From Felis catus (Eukaryota): a stretch of DNA of 64,000 nt. Positions 1 to 12,294 of this stretch are shown piece after piece. The notes below the pieces were generated by a model. The model had not been told where the DNA came from. It did not search any database and was given only the letters and a program-made list of their open reading frames with translations. Each line of letters opens with the position of its first letter. Position 1 is the first letter of the stretch. The position numbers were made by a program, and so were the translations under genes. The stretch is from contig NC_058384.1 of the NCBI RefSeq assembly GCF_018350175.1, forward strand, positions 31,682,001-31,746,000, in the 5' to 3' direction.

Positions 1-276
1 CTCACTCTTCATTATCTCTCTGCCATTTTACCAATGTGGTCTCTTTGATGGAGTAGGAGTTGGGATGCTGAATTGCCAGAGCAGTTTTGCTTGGAAAGCC
101 AGGATCTGGCCAGGCACATCTCAACTGCTCAAGGAGTCCCAGCCTGAGAGTCCTCTTGTGAAGTCCTCAGATGATGGTCATTACCATAGCTATTAAAGAA
201 CCAATGACCTCTAGATGGGTTGGATTCTTTTTTGGGGCTCCAGACATGAATTTGACCTCATCTTGGATGAACCAAA

Positions 277-347
277 TATTTATTCATTTATTTATTTGTT
301 TGTTTGTTTGTTTGTTTGTTTATTTATTTATTTATTTATTTATTTTT
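277..347. repeat. (TTTA)n/(TTTG)n compound microsatellite
   Basis: Read directly. Confidence 0.9.
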
Positions 348-369
348 AGGAGCACAGATGAAACCTCTT

Positions 370-975
370 GGGTTTGTGATGCTGAGTTTTAAAAAATCAT
401 GATGTTGAATTTTGTTTAGTGTTTTTTTTTTTTGCATCTATTCAGAGGATCATGTAGTTTTTCCTGTTTAGTCTGTTAATGTGGTAGATTATACTGATTT
501 CTGAATGTTGAGCCAGACTTGAATTCCTAGGATAAATGACACATGGTCACAAAGCATTTTTCTTCTAACATGTTGGATTCAATCTGCTAAATTTCTTGAG
601 GATTCTTGCATCTTTGTTCATGAGAAATATGGATTTGGTTTTGTCTATATTGGTTTTATCTGATTTTAGTCTCAGATAATTTTGATTTCATAAAAATGAG
701 TTGGGAAGTCTTCCTTCTTCTATCTGCTGGAAGAGCTTGTGTAGAACTATTATTTTGTCTTTCAGTGTTTGGTAAAATTCACCAGTGAAGCCATCTGGAC
801 TTTTACATACAAATTTGATTTCTTTAATAGTTACAGTACTATTCAGCTTATCTGTTTCTTCTTGGGTACATTTTGGTAGCTTTGATAGTGGTCTATTTCA
901 TCTGAGTTGTTGAATTTGTGAGTATATAGTTGTTCACATTATTCCCTTACTATCCACTGGGTCAGTAATGATACT
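370..975 (-). mobile_element. Old L1 fragment (antisense ORF2 region)
   Basis: Typical antisense L1 phrases: ttcatgagaaatatgg, aaaatgagttgggaag, attcaccagtgaagccatctgg. Confidence 0.8.
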
Positions 976-2769
976 CTCTTTGAACATGTATACATCAGGA
1001 ATGACACAGTACGATCAAAAACAGATAAAAAAAGAGAAGGTATGTAACTACGGCTGCAGAGGCCTCAAGCCTTGTTATCATTGACTCCTTCGTGTCTTTA
1101 AATTCTATATCCAGTCAGGTACCACATCCTTTTGATTTGTCCTTGCCAGTATTTCTTGCAGTTTCCCTCCATTTCCATTACTGCTTGGCACAGCCCTGTA
1201 ATATCTCCTAAACTATCTACCTAAATTATTCCACTGCCTGCCTAACCAGTCTCACTGCCTTTTCCCACTTTAATTCACCCTTCACACTCCTGCCAGGCTT
1301 TATTTCTTAACTTCCAATGGTTCCACTCTGTCTACAAGATAAGGATCCTCTACGTCTGGTTTAGTCTTGCCTTTTGAATTGCAGTCCATTGTATCCTCCT
1401 AAATCAGGGGGGTCTTCAACATGCAAGCTTTGGAAGGGAGGGATGGGTCATGAATCTCCTAAAATTAGAGTATAAAATGTGATATGAATGCGAACTTTAT
1501 TTCCAAGGCAAGGTTCCAACCATTATCAGATGTTCAAAATGAAAAAGAAAAAAAAAAGTGCTAGGAAAAGCCTTCAACCTAATCTTTGTTTCTATAATGT
1601 CTCAAGAATACACTATTAAAAAAAAAAAAAACAATACAGCCTCTCCAACAGTTCCCACATCAGTAGCAATCACTCATTTCTCTGAACTTAAGAGTCACAT
1701 AGCTTTAATGATCTAGCCTAACCTTAACATTTTACAGATGAGGACCTAATCTAGCACTTAACAAATTTGTCCAAAGTGGCTCCTGTAGAACTTTTCTGTG
1801 CAACTGAGTGCTGGTGTGCTATTTTGTTGGTCTTTTTTTATGAATAAATTTCATATTTCTCCTTGAGGTCAGGAACTAAACCTCAGAGTTCTTTATAACT
1901 CCAATTATCTTTACTGTCTTACATAAACTAGCTGCTCAAATGTTTGCTGAGAACAGTGATAATGAAAAAGTCATACTGAGGCAAAGGAAGAGGGCTGGTT
2001 AGCGAGTACTGGGTTAGGAATACATTTTTAAGAAGCATAATAAGCACATTTGGAGGACACAAAATATTAGTAAGCTCAGATCTTAGCCTCTGATATAATG
2101 TGAACTCTCAAGAGTCTGCGCGAGGAGAGCTCTGACAGTTCCTAGACAGAGGCCAAATTTCCACAAACAGGGATGCTCAAGACAGCATTCAGAAACAACT
2201 CCTCAGAAGCAACTAACAGGGGGATGTCCAGGTATTGTTAAAGAGAAAGGATTACAGCACCTGCTTTTGAGTGAGCTACACAATGGATTCGAATTTCAAC
2301 TCCACCACATCCATGCTATGTCACCTTGAACAAATTATTGAACTTTCCTGTGCTTAGGTTTACTCATTTGTATCTCCCTAAGGATTGTTGCAGTGATTAA
2401 AATAATGGCTGTGAAGTGCTTAGGTCAGGGTCTTAACGCCTAAGGCACTCCTTCATTAATTGTTGCTATTATTTAATGAGAAGAAGGGTTTGGGGACGGA
2501 AGGAGGGCGCTGTGCGGAGAGGGATGGTCCGTTCCGTCGGAAGCGGGAAGATTCCGTAGCAGACAGGTAAGGTATATTCAAAGAAGGGCGAGGAGTCGCG
2601 TTTCCACGGTGTGTACCCGCAGGACCCCTCAGTGGCAGCGAGAGGAAGAGCTGGGAGAAGTGTCAGACCAAGAACACACCCTCCACAATATATATACGAG
2701 AAACCAGAGATCGGCTAAGATGAATGCAGCTTAGGAGAAAGGTCTCATCTTTTAGGGAAACCTGGACCT

Positions 2770-3260
2770 TTGGAAGCGGCCTCATTTGGGAAGAGGAGGA
2801 GGGCAGCCCAGGGCGTGGCCGAGAGGTCGGGAGAGACGTTGAGGGGGGTGGGGGAAGCGAGAAGGGGAAGAAAACGCCAATGCGGCCCTTTTCCAGTCAC
2901 TGGACTGACTGCGACCGTCACTTACAGGAAACTGTAGGGGAAACGGCCATTTTGGGCGGGCTCGACACTCTCTGCACGACGATGCCTAGGAAACACCGAA
3001 GCAAAAGGCACGGAGCCGGATATTCTACCACGCGGTCGTTGCACGACTGGAACCCGCTGGGAAAACAGCCCAGGAGGCGCCCCGCCCACGACGCAGGGAG
3101 GGGCGTGGCCACGGGCCACTTCCGGCCGCGAGTCCTTCAGCCGGGGCTGCGGGCGCGGGAGCGGTTCTGCTCTGGCTGTCACGCTCTTCAGAGGGCGTTT
3201 CCGCACGCGACGTCGGGAACCTGGAGCCGTTAGGCAGATTGTCGCCAAATGCAGCCTTTT
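2770..3260 (-). promoter_or_regulatory. CpG-island promoter pointing leftward: ETS ACTTCCGG 3118-3125, GC/KLF boxes 3080-3110, YY1 motif CGGCCATTTT 2944-2953
   Basis: CpG density and motifs read directly; minus-strand GTAAGT donor at 2920-2925. Confidence 0.8.
2926..3100 (-). ncRNA. Putative first exon of the lncRNA downstream of TRAF5 (probable LINC00467 orthologue); 5' end approximate
   Basis: Consensus donor T|GTAAGT after a YY1-type +1 region. Same strand and about 8 kb spacing from the TRAF5 3' end as recalled for human TRAF5-LINC00467. No sequence alignment done. Confidence 0.55.
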
Positions 3261-3289
3261 TCCGGCATTTGTTTGGGATTCCATTTCAA

Positions 3290-4310
3290 ATTCTATAGTG
3301 GATTGCTGCCAAATGGCAGAGGTTTCCTGGGATTTGGTTTTCCATAGATTAGTTTGCCCAGATTTGATACCAGTACAATATTGAGATTTCTCATCCAGCA
3401 CTGTGGATATTTCTCCGTTAATTCAAGTCTTCCCTCGTTATTCAGCTGAAGTCTTCCAGTTTCCTTGGTGTTTTGCACATTTCTTTTTAGGTTTTTTTCC
3501 TGGAAGTTTTTGTTGCTGCTTTGGTTTATTTGCTCTTCCTAATGGACTATTATTGTACCCTAGGATACTTTGGGGTTTGGTGTGTGGATCTATGTGGTCA
3601 CTTCGCTGAACCTTTATTTTCTAATAATCCTCTTGGATTTTGTAGGTAAGATTTCATCTGTAAATAACAATTTTGCCTTTTCTGAAGAATCCAGCACAAC
3701 GCTGTTTACTAGCCTCAGGGCTTGCTTACCTCTTTCCGAAGTTACTTGGATTGCATCTTAAAGTTACTTGGATTGCATCTTACCTTTCGTTCATGATGGG
3801 TTTTTGAAGGTTTCTGGCACTTACCTTTTTAAAAAATTAATTGCACTTTGTTCTTTTTCTGGTTTACCAATTCGTTTTATTGCTTCCTAAAATCAGAAAT
3901 GGGTATTTATTACCAAATACTTTCAGTATTAGTCTTACAGATGATCATATAGCTTTTCTCCATTACCCTACAGTAATAGAAACTACAATAATAGATTTTC
4001 TAATGTTGAGCCATCCTTACAGTCCTGGTATGTATTCTTCCAGTACATTGCTGGATGAAATTGTTGTGTATATCATATAGGACTTTTGTATCTAGGTTCA
4101 TAAGTGAAATTGGCTTATGGTTTTCTTTAGTTGTCCTTGTCTAGTTTTGATATTAGTTTAGGGTAGGTCTCAAAACGACCCAGATTAGTTTCTTTTTATA
4201 TGACCTGGAATAGACCTAGTGTGTGAATGATCTATTCCTTAGGTTTGAGGAACTCATCTTCAAAGCCACCTGGGTGTGGTGCCTTTTTAAGAGATAAATA
4301 TTTTTTTCCT
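3290..4310 (-). mobile_element. Old degenerate L1 fragment
   Basis: Antisense L1-like phrases (ccatccttacagtcctgg, ttcataagtgaaattggc, aagccacctgggtgtggtgcctttt). Confidence 0.65.
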
Positions 4311-4364
4311 AGAAAAGTATCGATTTCATTTACGTTTTCAATTTTTTTGGCATTAAACTATCCT

Positions 4365-4802
4365 TGTGTCATGAGCATGCTATGAAGGCACACACCCGGG
4401 TTGTGTCTTTCCACAGTGTTCACTTTATTCAGTCATAAATCAAGGTTAACAATTATAATGCAGGTTCAGAATTTCAAACTCAATGACATTTCACCATGTG
4501 ATTAACCTGGCTTCTTACCGGTACACAGAGCAGAACGTAAGACAAGCTACACAATAAACAAGATAACACAAAGGATAGGATGTTGAAGAACCAAACACGA
4601 AGTCAGTCTGGGGGCACGCAGTTGAGATGAGTCTTGGTCAGGTCTGGGTCAGCAGCTCTTAGCACTTACTGCTTATGTTCAAGCAGTGAGGGCTCTCAGT
4701 TTTATTGGGAAATCAATTGGGCAATCTTCAATGGCGGCTGCCTTTTTTTAAATGGTCAGACATAGAGGGGTCAGTGTCTGGAAAGTCTGACATTTTGCTG
4801 CA
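4365..4802 (-). mobile_element. Probable ERV 3' LTR (family unassigned), preceded by a polypurine tract at 4806-4818
   Basis: On minus: AAAAAGGGAGGAA, then TG ... AATAAA (4424-4429) ... CA; about 440 bp. Confidence 0.5.
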
Positions 4803-4830
4803 AAATTCCTCCCTTTTTAAAGGGATTTAA

Positions 4831-5037
4831 GGGGAGCCCGGGTGGCTCAGTTGGTTAAGCGTCTGACTTCAGCTCAGGTCATGATCTCATGGTTCGTGAG
4901 TTCGAACCCCATGTTGGGCTCTGTGCTGACAGCTCAGAACCTGGAGCCTGCTTCAGATTCCGTGTGTTCCTCTCTCTCTGCCTCTCCTCCACTCATTCTC
5001 TGTCTCTCAAAAATGAATAAGTTAAAAAAAATTTTTT
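4831..5037 (+). mobile_element. Can-SINE (SINEC_Fc type)
   Basis: tRNA-derived head, CT-rich tract, A tail. Confidence 0.95.
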
Positions 5038-5503
5038 AAGAATAATAAAGGAATTTAATCAGTCTGGGGCCCCTGCAGACCTCTGCTTCTGCCTCTTACC
5101 AGTTCTGGGGTGTCAGCTGGTGGTGGTCACCATGATACCTGTTAGCTGCAGTACCTTTAACTGCTCGTGTCATTGCTTGACATAGGTTCCTGCTTGACAT
5201 GAGTGACTCCATCCCATTCTCTACACTCTGGGATTAGCATTTTTTGATTTCACATTGTTCTTATTCATTCTTACATATTCAATTGAAGTCTTTTTTCTTT
5301 TTCTTGGTCAGATTTTTTGAACCACGTTTTGGTTTTTGACTGATTGATTTTGATTTTTTATAGATAACCTTTATCTAGAAGTTTTTTCTCTTTCATTAAT
5401 GTGTGCCTTTATTAATTTCTTATTTCTTTGTTTTTTTTGTGTGTTTTGTTTTTGTAGAATCTTGAGTTGAAAGCTTATTTTCTTTACAATATTTAATAGG
5501 AAA

Positions 5504-5712
5504 GGGGCACCTGGGTGGCTCAGTCGGTTAAGCATCTGACTTTGGCTCAGGTCATGATCTTGTGGTTCTTGAGTTTGAGCCCCGAATGGGCTCTGTGCTG
5601 ACAGCCCAAAGCCTAGAGCCTACTTCAGATTCTGTGTCTCCCTCTCTCTCTGCCCCTCCCCACTCGCACTCTGCCTGTCTCTCTCTCAAAAATAAACACA
5701 CACACACAAATG
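5504..5712 (+). mobile_element. Can-SINE
   Basis: Full structure; TSD aatatt(t/c)aataggaaa. Confidence 0.95.
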
Positions 5713-5719
5713 AAATATT

Positions 5720-6850
5720 CAATAGGAAATATTACAAACATAACATTAGAGAATAATATGAACACCTATATACCAACCACTTCACTTTATCACATTTTAA
5801 CATTTTTCCATATTTTCTTCACAATTTACTGTTATTCAGTTATAGCCTCTTATGAACACTTCTGCAATCTTTCTCCCTCTCTTCTTCCCTAAAATGAACT
5901 CCTTCCCATGAAAGCTTTTATACATACATACATACATATATATGTGTGTGTGCATGTGTGTGTATAATGTATATATAGCTATATAAGTACCTGTAGTATT
6001 ATTTTGTAGGTTTTTAAACCTAATATTAATGTTACCATTGTGTAACTTGCTTTTGTCATTCAAAGTTATGTTTGTGAAAGCTATCCATATCATTTCATGT
6101 ACTTCTTACTTTATCATCTTAACTGCTGATCTTTACATACATTCCATTGTATGACTAGGAAGCAATTTATCCATTCTCCTGTTGCTAGTAATTTAATTAC
6201 TCCTGGCATTTGCTGTTACAACACAGTTAACGGACATTCTTTAACGTATCTTATTAGGCACATCACAAGAATTTTCCAGTGTATGTCTAGAAGTGGAACA
6301 GCAAGGTTTGCACAATCCAACTTTATTTTTAATGCCAGATTCTTCTCTAGTGTTTTTGCCAGTTTACCCTGCCCCCAACAGTGTAGGAGTTTCTGTTGCT
6401 TGACATCCATGCCATCCCTTGTTTGTTTTTTCCCAGGTTTTTTTGTTTTGTTTTGCTATTGTAAACAATGCTGGTAGTAAACTTCATTGTATGTGTCTCC
6501 TGGTACACATGTGCAAAAGTATCCCTGATACATAACTAACAATGGAGTTGTTAGCTCTGTTTTGTTACAGATATATGTTTAAAAAGCATATACATATGCC
6601 CCCATATTGGAGATATTTCCTCTTTTAATAGTAAAATTTAAACCATTCATATTTATGTGCTTAGATTTAATTCTAACTTGTTTTTCTATATGTTGTGCTT
6701 CCTGTTGTTTTCTTCGCTTTTCTGTCTTTGGTTTGATAAAGTTCCTTTTTCCAGATTTTTTTTTCTTCAGTAGTTTGAAAATTTTATGTTCAATTTTTAT
6801 CTAGTGGCTACTTTTACTGTATTTTAGCTTAATTTAATTTGTACTTTTAT
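5720..6850 (-). mobile_element. Ancient L1 (L1ME-like) 3' fragments
   Basis: Degenerate antisense L1 3' region phrases (ttccattgtatgact, ttatccattctcctgttg, gtgtctcctggtacacatgtgcaa). Confidence 0.6.
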
Positions 6851-6892
6851 ATAGTCATGTGGAGTTTATCAGCATTTTTATGAGGCAATCTT

Positions 6893-7120
6893 ATACAGTG
6901 TTAAGAGTAGAGACTTTGAGGCCAGAATGCCTAGATTCAAATCCTGGCTTTCCCATCTATTAGCTGTGTAACCTAGAGCTTATTACATAACCTCTCTGTG
7001 CTTCAATTGCCTCATCTGTAAAATGGGGATAAAATAGCATATACCTGATAAGATTATTGAGAGGATTAGTGTGTTAATGTATAATAAGTATGTAAAATTC
7101 TTAGGACAATGCCTAGCATG
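6893..7120 (+). mobile_element. MIR
   Basis: MIR core cctcatctgtaaaatggggat plus head. Confidence 0.9.
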
Positions 7121-7222
7121 CAGGGCATAGATCTAATCACTACTTTTCTCATTTATGTAATGGACATAATATCTGATTTGTTATAAAAATAATGCATTAT
7201 TGCATATATACTATTCAGTTTA

Positions 7223-7449
7223 TTTATTTTATTTATTTATTTTTAATATGAAATTTATTGTCAAATTAGTTTCCATACAACACCCAGTGCTCATCCCAAC
7301 AGGCACCCTCCTCAATACCCATCACCCACCCTCCTCTCCCTCCCACCCCCAATCAACCCTCAGTTCTGTTTTTAAGAGTCTCTTATGTTTTGTCTCCCTC
7401 CCTCTCTAACCTTTTTTTTTTTCCTTCCCCTCCCCCATGGTCTTCTGTT
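7223..7449 (-). mobile_element. 5'-truncated felid L1 3' end
   Basis: Antisense L1_Fc-type 3' UTR; TSD tattcagttta at 7212-7222 and 7450-7460. Confidence 0.92.
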
Positions 7450-7919
7450 TATTCAGTTTAATATAATGAGTACCTTCTATGCACTTGAACTAGTATGCTT
7501 TTTGGCTTCAAGGAGTTCATGATCTAGTAAAGACACAGACCTAGAAACACAGGTGCATTATGACATAACCTTAATACTGTTTCCATGTCCTCTCTTGTCC
7601 CCTTCTTATCTATGTTCCATACAGAGCAGTTTTAGAACACATTAATCAAATCGTGTATTCCCCTGCCAAAATCATGTCCACTTTCATTACACTTTACATA
7701 AACCACAGTCTCCTCGCTATGACTTTAACATTAGACTCTGGGCCCTGCCTCCCTTTCTAATTTCATCAAGTCCAACTCTCCTCCCTTCTGGTGGCCCCTG
7801 CCACACAGGCCTCTTTTCAGTTCCTTAAACCAACTCTCTTTTTCCTCAGTGCCCTCTGCCCAGAATTTTCATCCCACCTGCTCTGACTCATCATGGCTGA
7901 CTCATCTTTCAGGTCTCCG

Positions 7920-8620
7920 CTTGATTCAGTCAGGTTCTTAGTTACAGACAACAGAATCCAATCTGGCGAAGATTGGGACTTTGTTAATATTACGTAGCCC
8001 CCGAGTCTCCAGGAAGACCAGAAGCCAGATGCAGGTGCAGCACAGCTGGGTCTGATACCCAAACACGCTAGAGGCTCTAGTGAAAATCCACTGCTGCCAC
8101 CACCACCTGACACCAAAATCACAACTTCTACGAACACAGGCTCTGAAAGTAAGGATGAGGGAACCAGTCCCTTCGGTACACTCATCACCCTCACCACTGG
8201 GTAGCCGGAGTGGCACATTTCTTTCTTCACCTTTTTTTCCCCTAATGTGTTTATTTATTTGTTTTGAGAGAGAGCACCTGCCCTAGCGGGGGCTGGGGGC
8301 CAAAAGAGACGGAAATAGAGAAAGAATGCCAAGCAGGCTCCAAGCTGCCAATGCAGAGTTGGACGTGGGGCTCAAACTCATGAATAATGAGATCATGACC
8401 TGAGCTGAAACCAAGAGTCGGAGGCTTAACTGACCCAGCCCCCCCAGGCACTCCTCCTTTTTCATCTTGCAAATGTTTCTTGCAACAAAAAAGTTGAATC
8501 TTTCCAACTTTATCTTTCAAGTTTAAGTTTTGCCAGACCATGCCTGATTGGTAGGGCCTAGGTCACATATGCCTGTGCTGCAGAGGGGGTCAAGGAGGCG
8601 AGTCTTGTCACATTAAATTC
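7920..8620 (+). mobile_element. Degenerate MaLR (MLT1-like) LTR interrupted by a SINE
   Basis: ggttcttagttacagacaacagaatccaat start and tgattggtagggcctaggtcacat late motif recall MLT1. Confidence 0.5.
8232..8453 (-). mobile_element. Can-SINE
   Basis: Antisense head, tail and CT tract. Confidence 0.93.
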
Positions 8621-9390
8621 CTCAGGTATTATAAGCGTGTCCAAAGGGGCTGGACAGTCAGAAAACATGTCATGTGAACACTAAATAGCATGTTACCTCA
8701 GCAAAAGGCACTCCCCAACAACCCTAAGTATGCACATACTCTCTCCAGCCCAGTCCTATTATTCTTTCCCTGTACTCTGTCATTGTCTTCAAGGCTTTTA
8801 TCACAACTTGTATTGTATATTTGTTCAAATGCCTTATGAATCCTGGAGCCAGAGTCTAGTCTCCATGTGGAGTTTCACTCGAATACGTATGACTCAAGCA
8901 GCCAAAAATAATTTAAAAATGTATTTCAGTCTTCAACGTGGATCTCTTGGAAGAAAAAAACATCAAGGGGGCTCCAGTCACAATTCCCAAAGGTTCTCAT
9001 AGGTTCATATTCCCTTTTCTCTCTCCTTTCACTTTCCTCCAGTCCTTGTGTGCGTTGGTTTATCATTTCTTCATAGATTTTGCCCCTAGAGCTCTGTCTT
9101 CAAATGTTTTCTGCCTGCTCTCATCTTGCATCACAAACATGCAGCACTGGTCTGTGAGATACATTTTTCTCAGAGCACAGGGTGAAGAAGTGGAGAGGCA
9201 AAGTCCTTATCGGACAGAGAAGGCTGAGAGTATTTACACATTGAACATTCTGGCTCACCATTTGTGACTGACCTCCAGATTATAAATTTTATGAAGACAG
9301 GGACAAGATCTGTTCTATTTGTGCCTAACACAAAAATCTGACAAATACATAGCCAATTAATACTTGTTTTCTAGAAAAGAGAGAAGTCCA

Positions 9391-9612
9391 GGGGCGCCTG
9401 GGTGGCTCAGTCAGTTCAGCTTTAAGCGTCCAGCTCTTGATTTCGGCTCAGGTCATGATCTCACAGTTCATGAGATCGAGCCCCGTGTGGGGCTGGCTCT
9501 GCACTGGACAGCATTGAGCCTGCTTGGAATTCTTTCTCTCCTGCTCTCTCTGCCCCTCTCCTGCTCTCTCTCTCTCTCTCTTTCTCTCAAATAATAAATA
9601 TTTTTTGAAAAA
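9391..9612 (+). mobile_element. Can-SINE
   Basis: Full structure; TSD-like aaagtcca on both sides. Confidence 0.95.
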
Positions 9613-11002
9613 AAGAAAAGTCCAACAATTGGAGTATAGACCAGGAAGTCTATAGCACAGAGCCGGAGCTCTCGGCCTAGCGAAGGGTCGAAGGTGGTGA
9701 GTGGGATGTACAGTAAGTGAAGACTAGTTTGGGAAGACATCCTGGAGTTGAAACCAAAGAATCTTAAACAGAAAGAGGTAAGGATAGTGAAGAGTATTCC
9801 AGTTAGAAGTGCAGCACCAGCACACAGAAATGTCCAATGGCTTGGGGTGCTATTGCTAAATATGAAGTAGGAGGACTGTCAGGAGGTGGGTTGGGGGGGG
9901 GGCATGCAGAGGCAGGCATGCAGAGCCTTGGCTTTGGCCTTTGGGTGATGTGGCCACAGTGGGTGTTGCGAGGAGTCATTCTCAGATTTTCATTTCAGAG
10001 AGATTACTGGGTGGCAGCGTGAGGTTAGATGTGAAGAGGTGAAAGAAAAAAGTGTAGCCAAAAACGTAGGCCTGCAAACAGGACAGTAGTGGGCAGTAGA
10101 AACAGGTAGTAGGAATAGTTTCAAGAAATTACTTGGAAGTCAAATTGGCAGTACTGGGTGGGTGACTGGACGGGGAAGGTGAGGGAGGAATCTAGAATAG
10201 TGTCCAAACTTCTGGCTTGGATGATGAGGTCATTAGCCGGGGTAGAATAAACAGGAAGCATCACAGGTGGGCAGTGGCGGGGAGAGTGGGAAGATCTCCA
10301 GTTCAGTTATGGTGAAGTGTACTTTAAGGTACCTGTGGGACTTGAAAGATCAGATGTGCAGCAGGTACTTGGATATTTAAGCCTGCAGCTTAAGGCAAAG
10401 GCTGAGGAGGGAGTGGCATGGAGGGGGCGGACTGTGAGCTTAAGAGTTGGCTGTGGGGTACACTGTGAGGGACCACTGTTGGCAGGGTGGCCCTGCTGAC
10501 ATTCTTTGCCTTCCTACCTCCCTTGGTACTTCTCTTCATCTCCTCTCCCTCCTCCCCTAAAATGTGGTGTTCTCAGGTGACTGCACCACCTGGGTCCCCT
10601 ACTATGCCATCAAGGCTTTATCTCCAGCCCACAATTCTTAGGTACAATTAAGACCCATGTCTCCAACCACTTTCTAAGAGAAAAGAGGTAGTTGGCAGTG
10701 TGGACCGATTGCCCAAAGCACCACACAAAGGCTTTGTGCTCTCTGTTCTGTTTAGTTGTGCTCAAGATTGGCACTGTGAATTGGAACTGGCTGTGACTAT
10801 CTCTTGTTTCTCTGAAAAATCAAATTTGGATATCAGGGGTCAGAGTTCAGATCTGTTAATATGCATTCATATGTAGAGTACCTCCCCACCCTACCTTAAT
10901 CCTGTACATGCCTTTCTTAACTTCCCTCTTACACCTATTTTTTTCTCTTCATCAGGAATTGAAATCTAACCAAAATAGAATAAATTTAAATATTTGTGAT
11001 AT

Positions 11003-11108
11003 AGAGGCACCCCGCTGGCTGGGTCAGTAGAGCATGGGACTCTTGATCTTGGGATTGTGATTTTGAGCCCTATATTGAGTGTAGAAATTACTTAAAAAAT
11101 AAAATCTT
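11003..11108 (+). mobile_element. Short old Can-SINE
   Basis: Head plus A tail, no CT tract; TSD aaatattt(g/c)tga(t/c)ataga. Confidence 0.85.
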
Positions 11109-12294
11109 TAAATATTTCTGACATAGAATAAAAATAACTGCTCAGATAGTAAAAGAGGAAAAACAGTTTACATGGATCCACTTCTATAAAACAAAAATCA
11201 CAACTCTTATTTTTGAGAAAGAGTCCTTTTTACTCTGTAATACCTTGTTTCATGATCACTGTTTCAATGATGAAGGGACTCTGAACTCATAAGCAAACCA
11301 TGCCATGATTGAAGCTTTTTATGTAGAGAAGCTAGTTAGAACACAAAACCAGTATTTTGATAAATTCACTTTAAAATGTTTTTCATACCCACTTAAAACT
11401 AATTACAACAATATGATCTTCTACTCCCAAGGACTTGGACTGGATTAGGAACATTGAAAACAAACACACAGAACCACTGGGTCTGGCTGTGTGATCTACA
11501 GAAATGCTTCCTGTGTGTGAGGTCAATCTGTTGACCATCAATTGTGCCAGAGTTCACCAGCAGCTACAGTGTTGTTCTTTAGTATGTTTCCATTGTGAAC
11601 TTATTTCTTTAAGTCTTTGGGATGATTTCTGCAAGATGAGTCTTTAGCATCTTGAAATTTTTCAGAGAAGAGATTAAGAAAGTCTCAATTATTCCAGAAG
11701 CCACTGGTATAAAAATCATGTTTCTTCTATCAGATCGACTGCTCAAAAGCTATAAGGTACACGGTCCTCATTCGGGTAAGCTGCATTAAGTGGCCCTCAG
11801 CCCAGGGCACTTTATCCCCACACACTCAAGGGAGTTGGCTTGAATGTCAGGAAACACTGAGTTGCATAACAACAAAGGAGGGCTCAGGAAAACTGGGATT
11901 CACTTGACTGGTATACACACCCTCGTAGATAGACCCACACAGACAGATGCGTAAGAATAGAATCATTTCTGTTCCTCACAAAGTACTCACAACTTCAACA
12001 AGAAAAGTCACAGGTTTATATAAATGCCCATTTTCATATCAGTTTATGAATTCAGAAGTTCTTTCAAAAAGAATAGGAGATACTGCTTTTAGCAATCAGT
12101 TTGGGATGAGAATACTTCTGACACCATAGGAATAATAATGGTGTTCTCCCTAGGTTTAAATTCCTCTTATCCATTTATGACATTTTTCTCCATCATGTAC
12201 TAAATTCTACCCATCCTCACAGTAACTTACTATTATTACCAACATACTTTTAAACTAGGTGTATACATACATATACATGTACATACATATCTAC

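Noticed and set aside
999-1045. Possible plus-strand micro-exon (cag|...aag|gtatgt)
   Set aside because: 41 nt, weak pyrimidine tract, no partner exons or recognisable peptide.
2724-3401. ORFs of 169, 159 and 64 aa over the left CpG island
   Set aside because: GC-driven open frames with no family resemblance. Only the ATG in the YY1 motif next to the donor was kept.
4831-4900. tRNA-like A/B box sequences at SINE heads
   Set aside because: Can-SINE heads are tRNA-derived and continue into CT tract and A tail; not tRNA genes.
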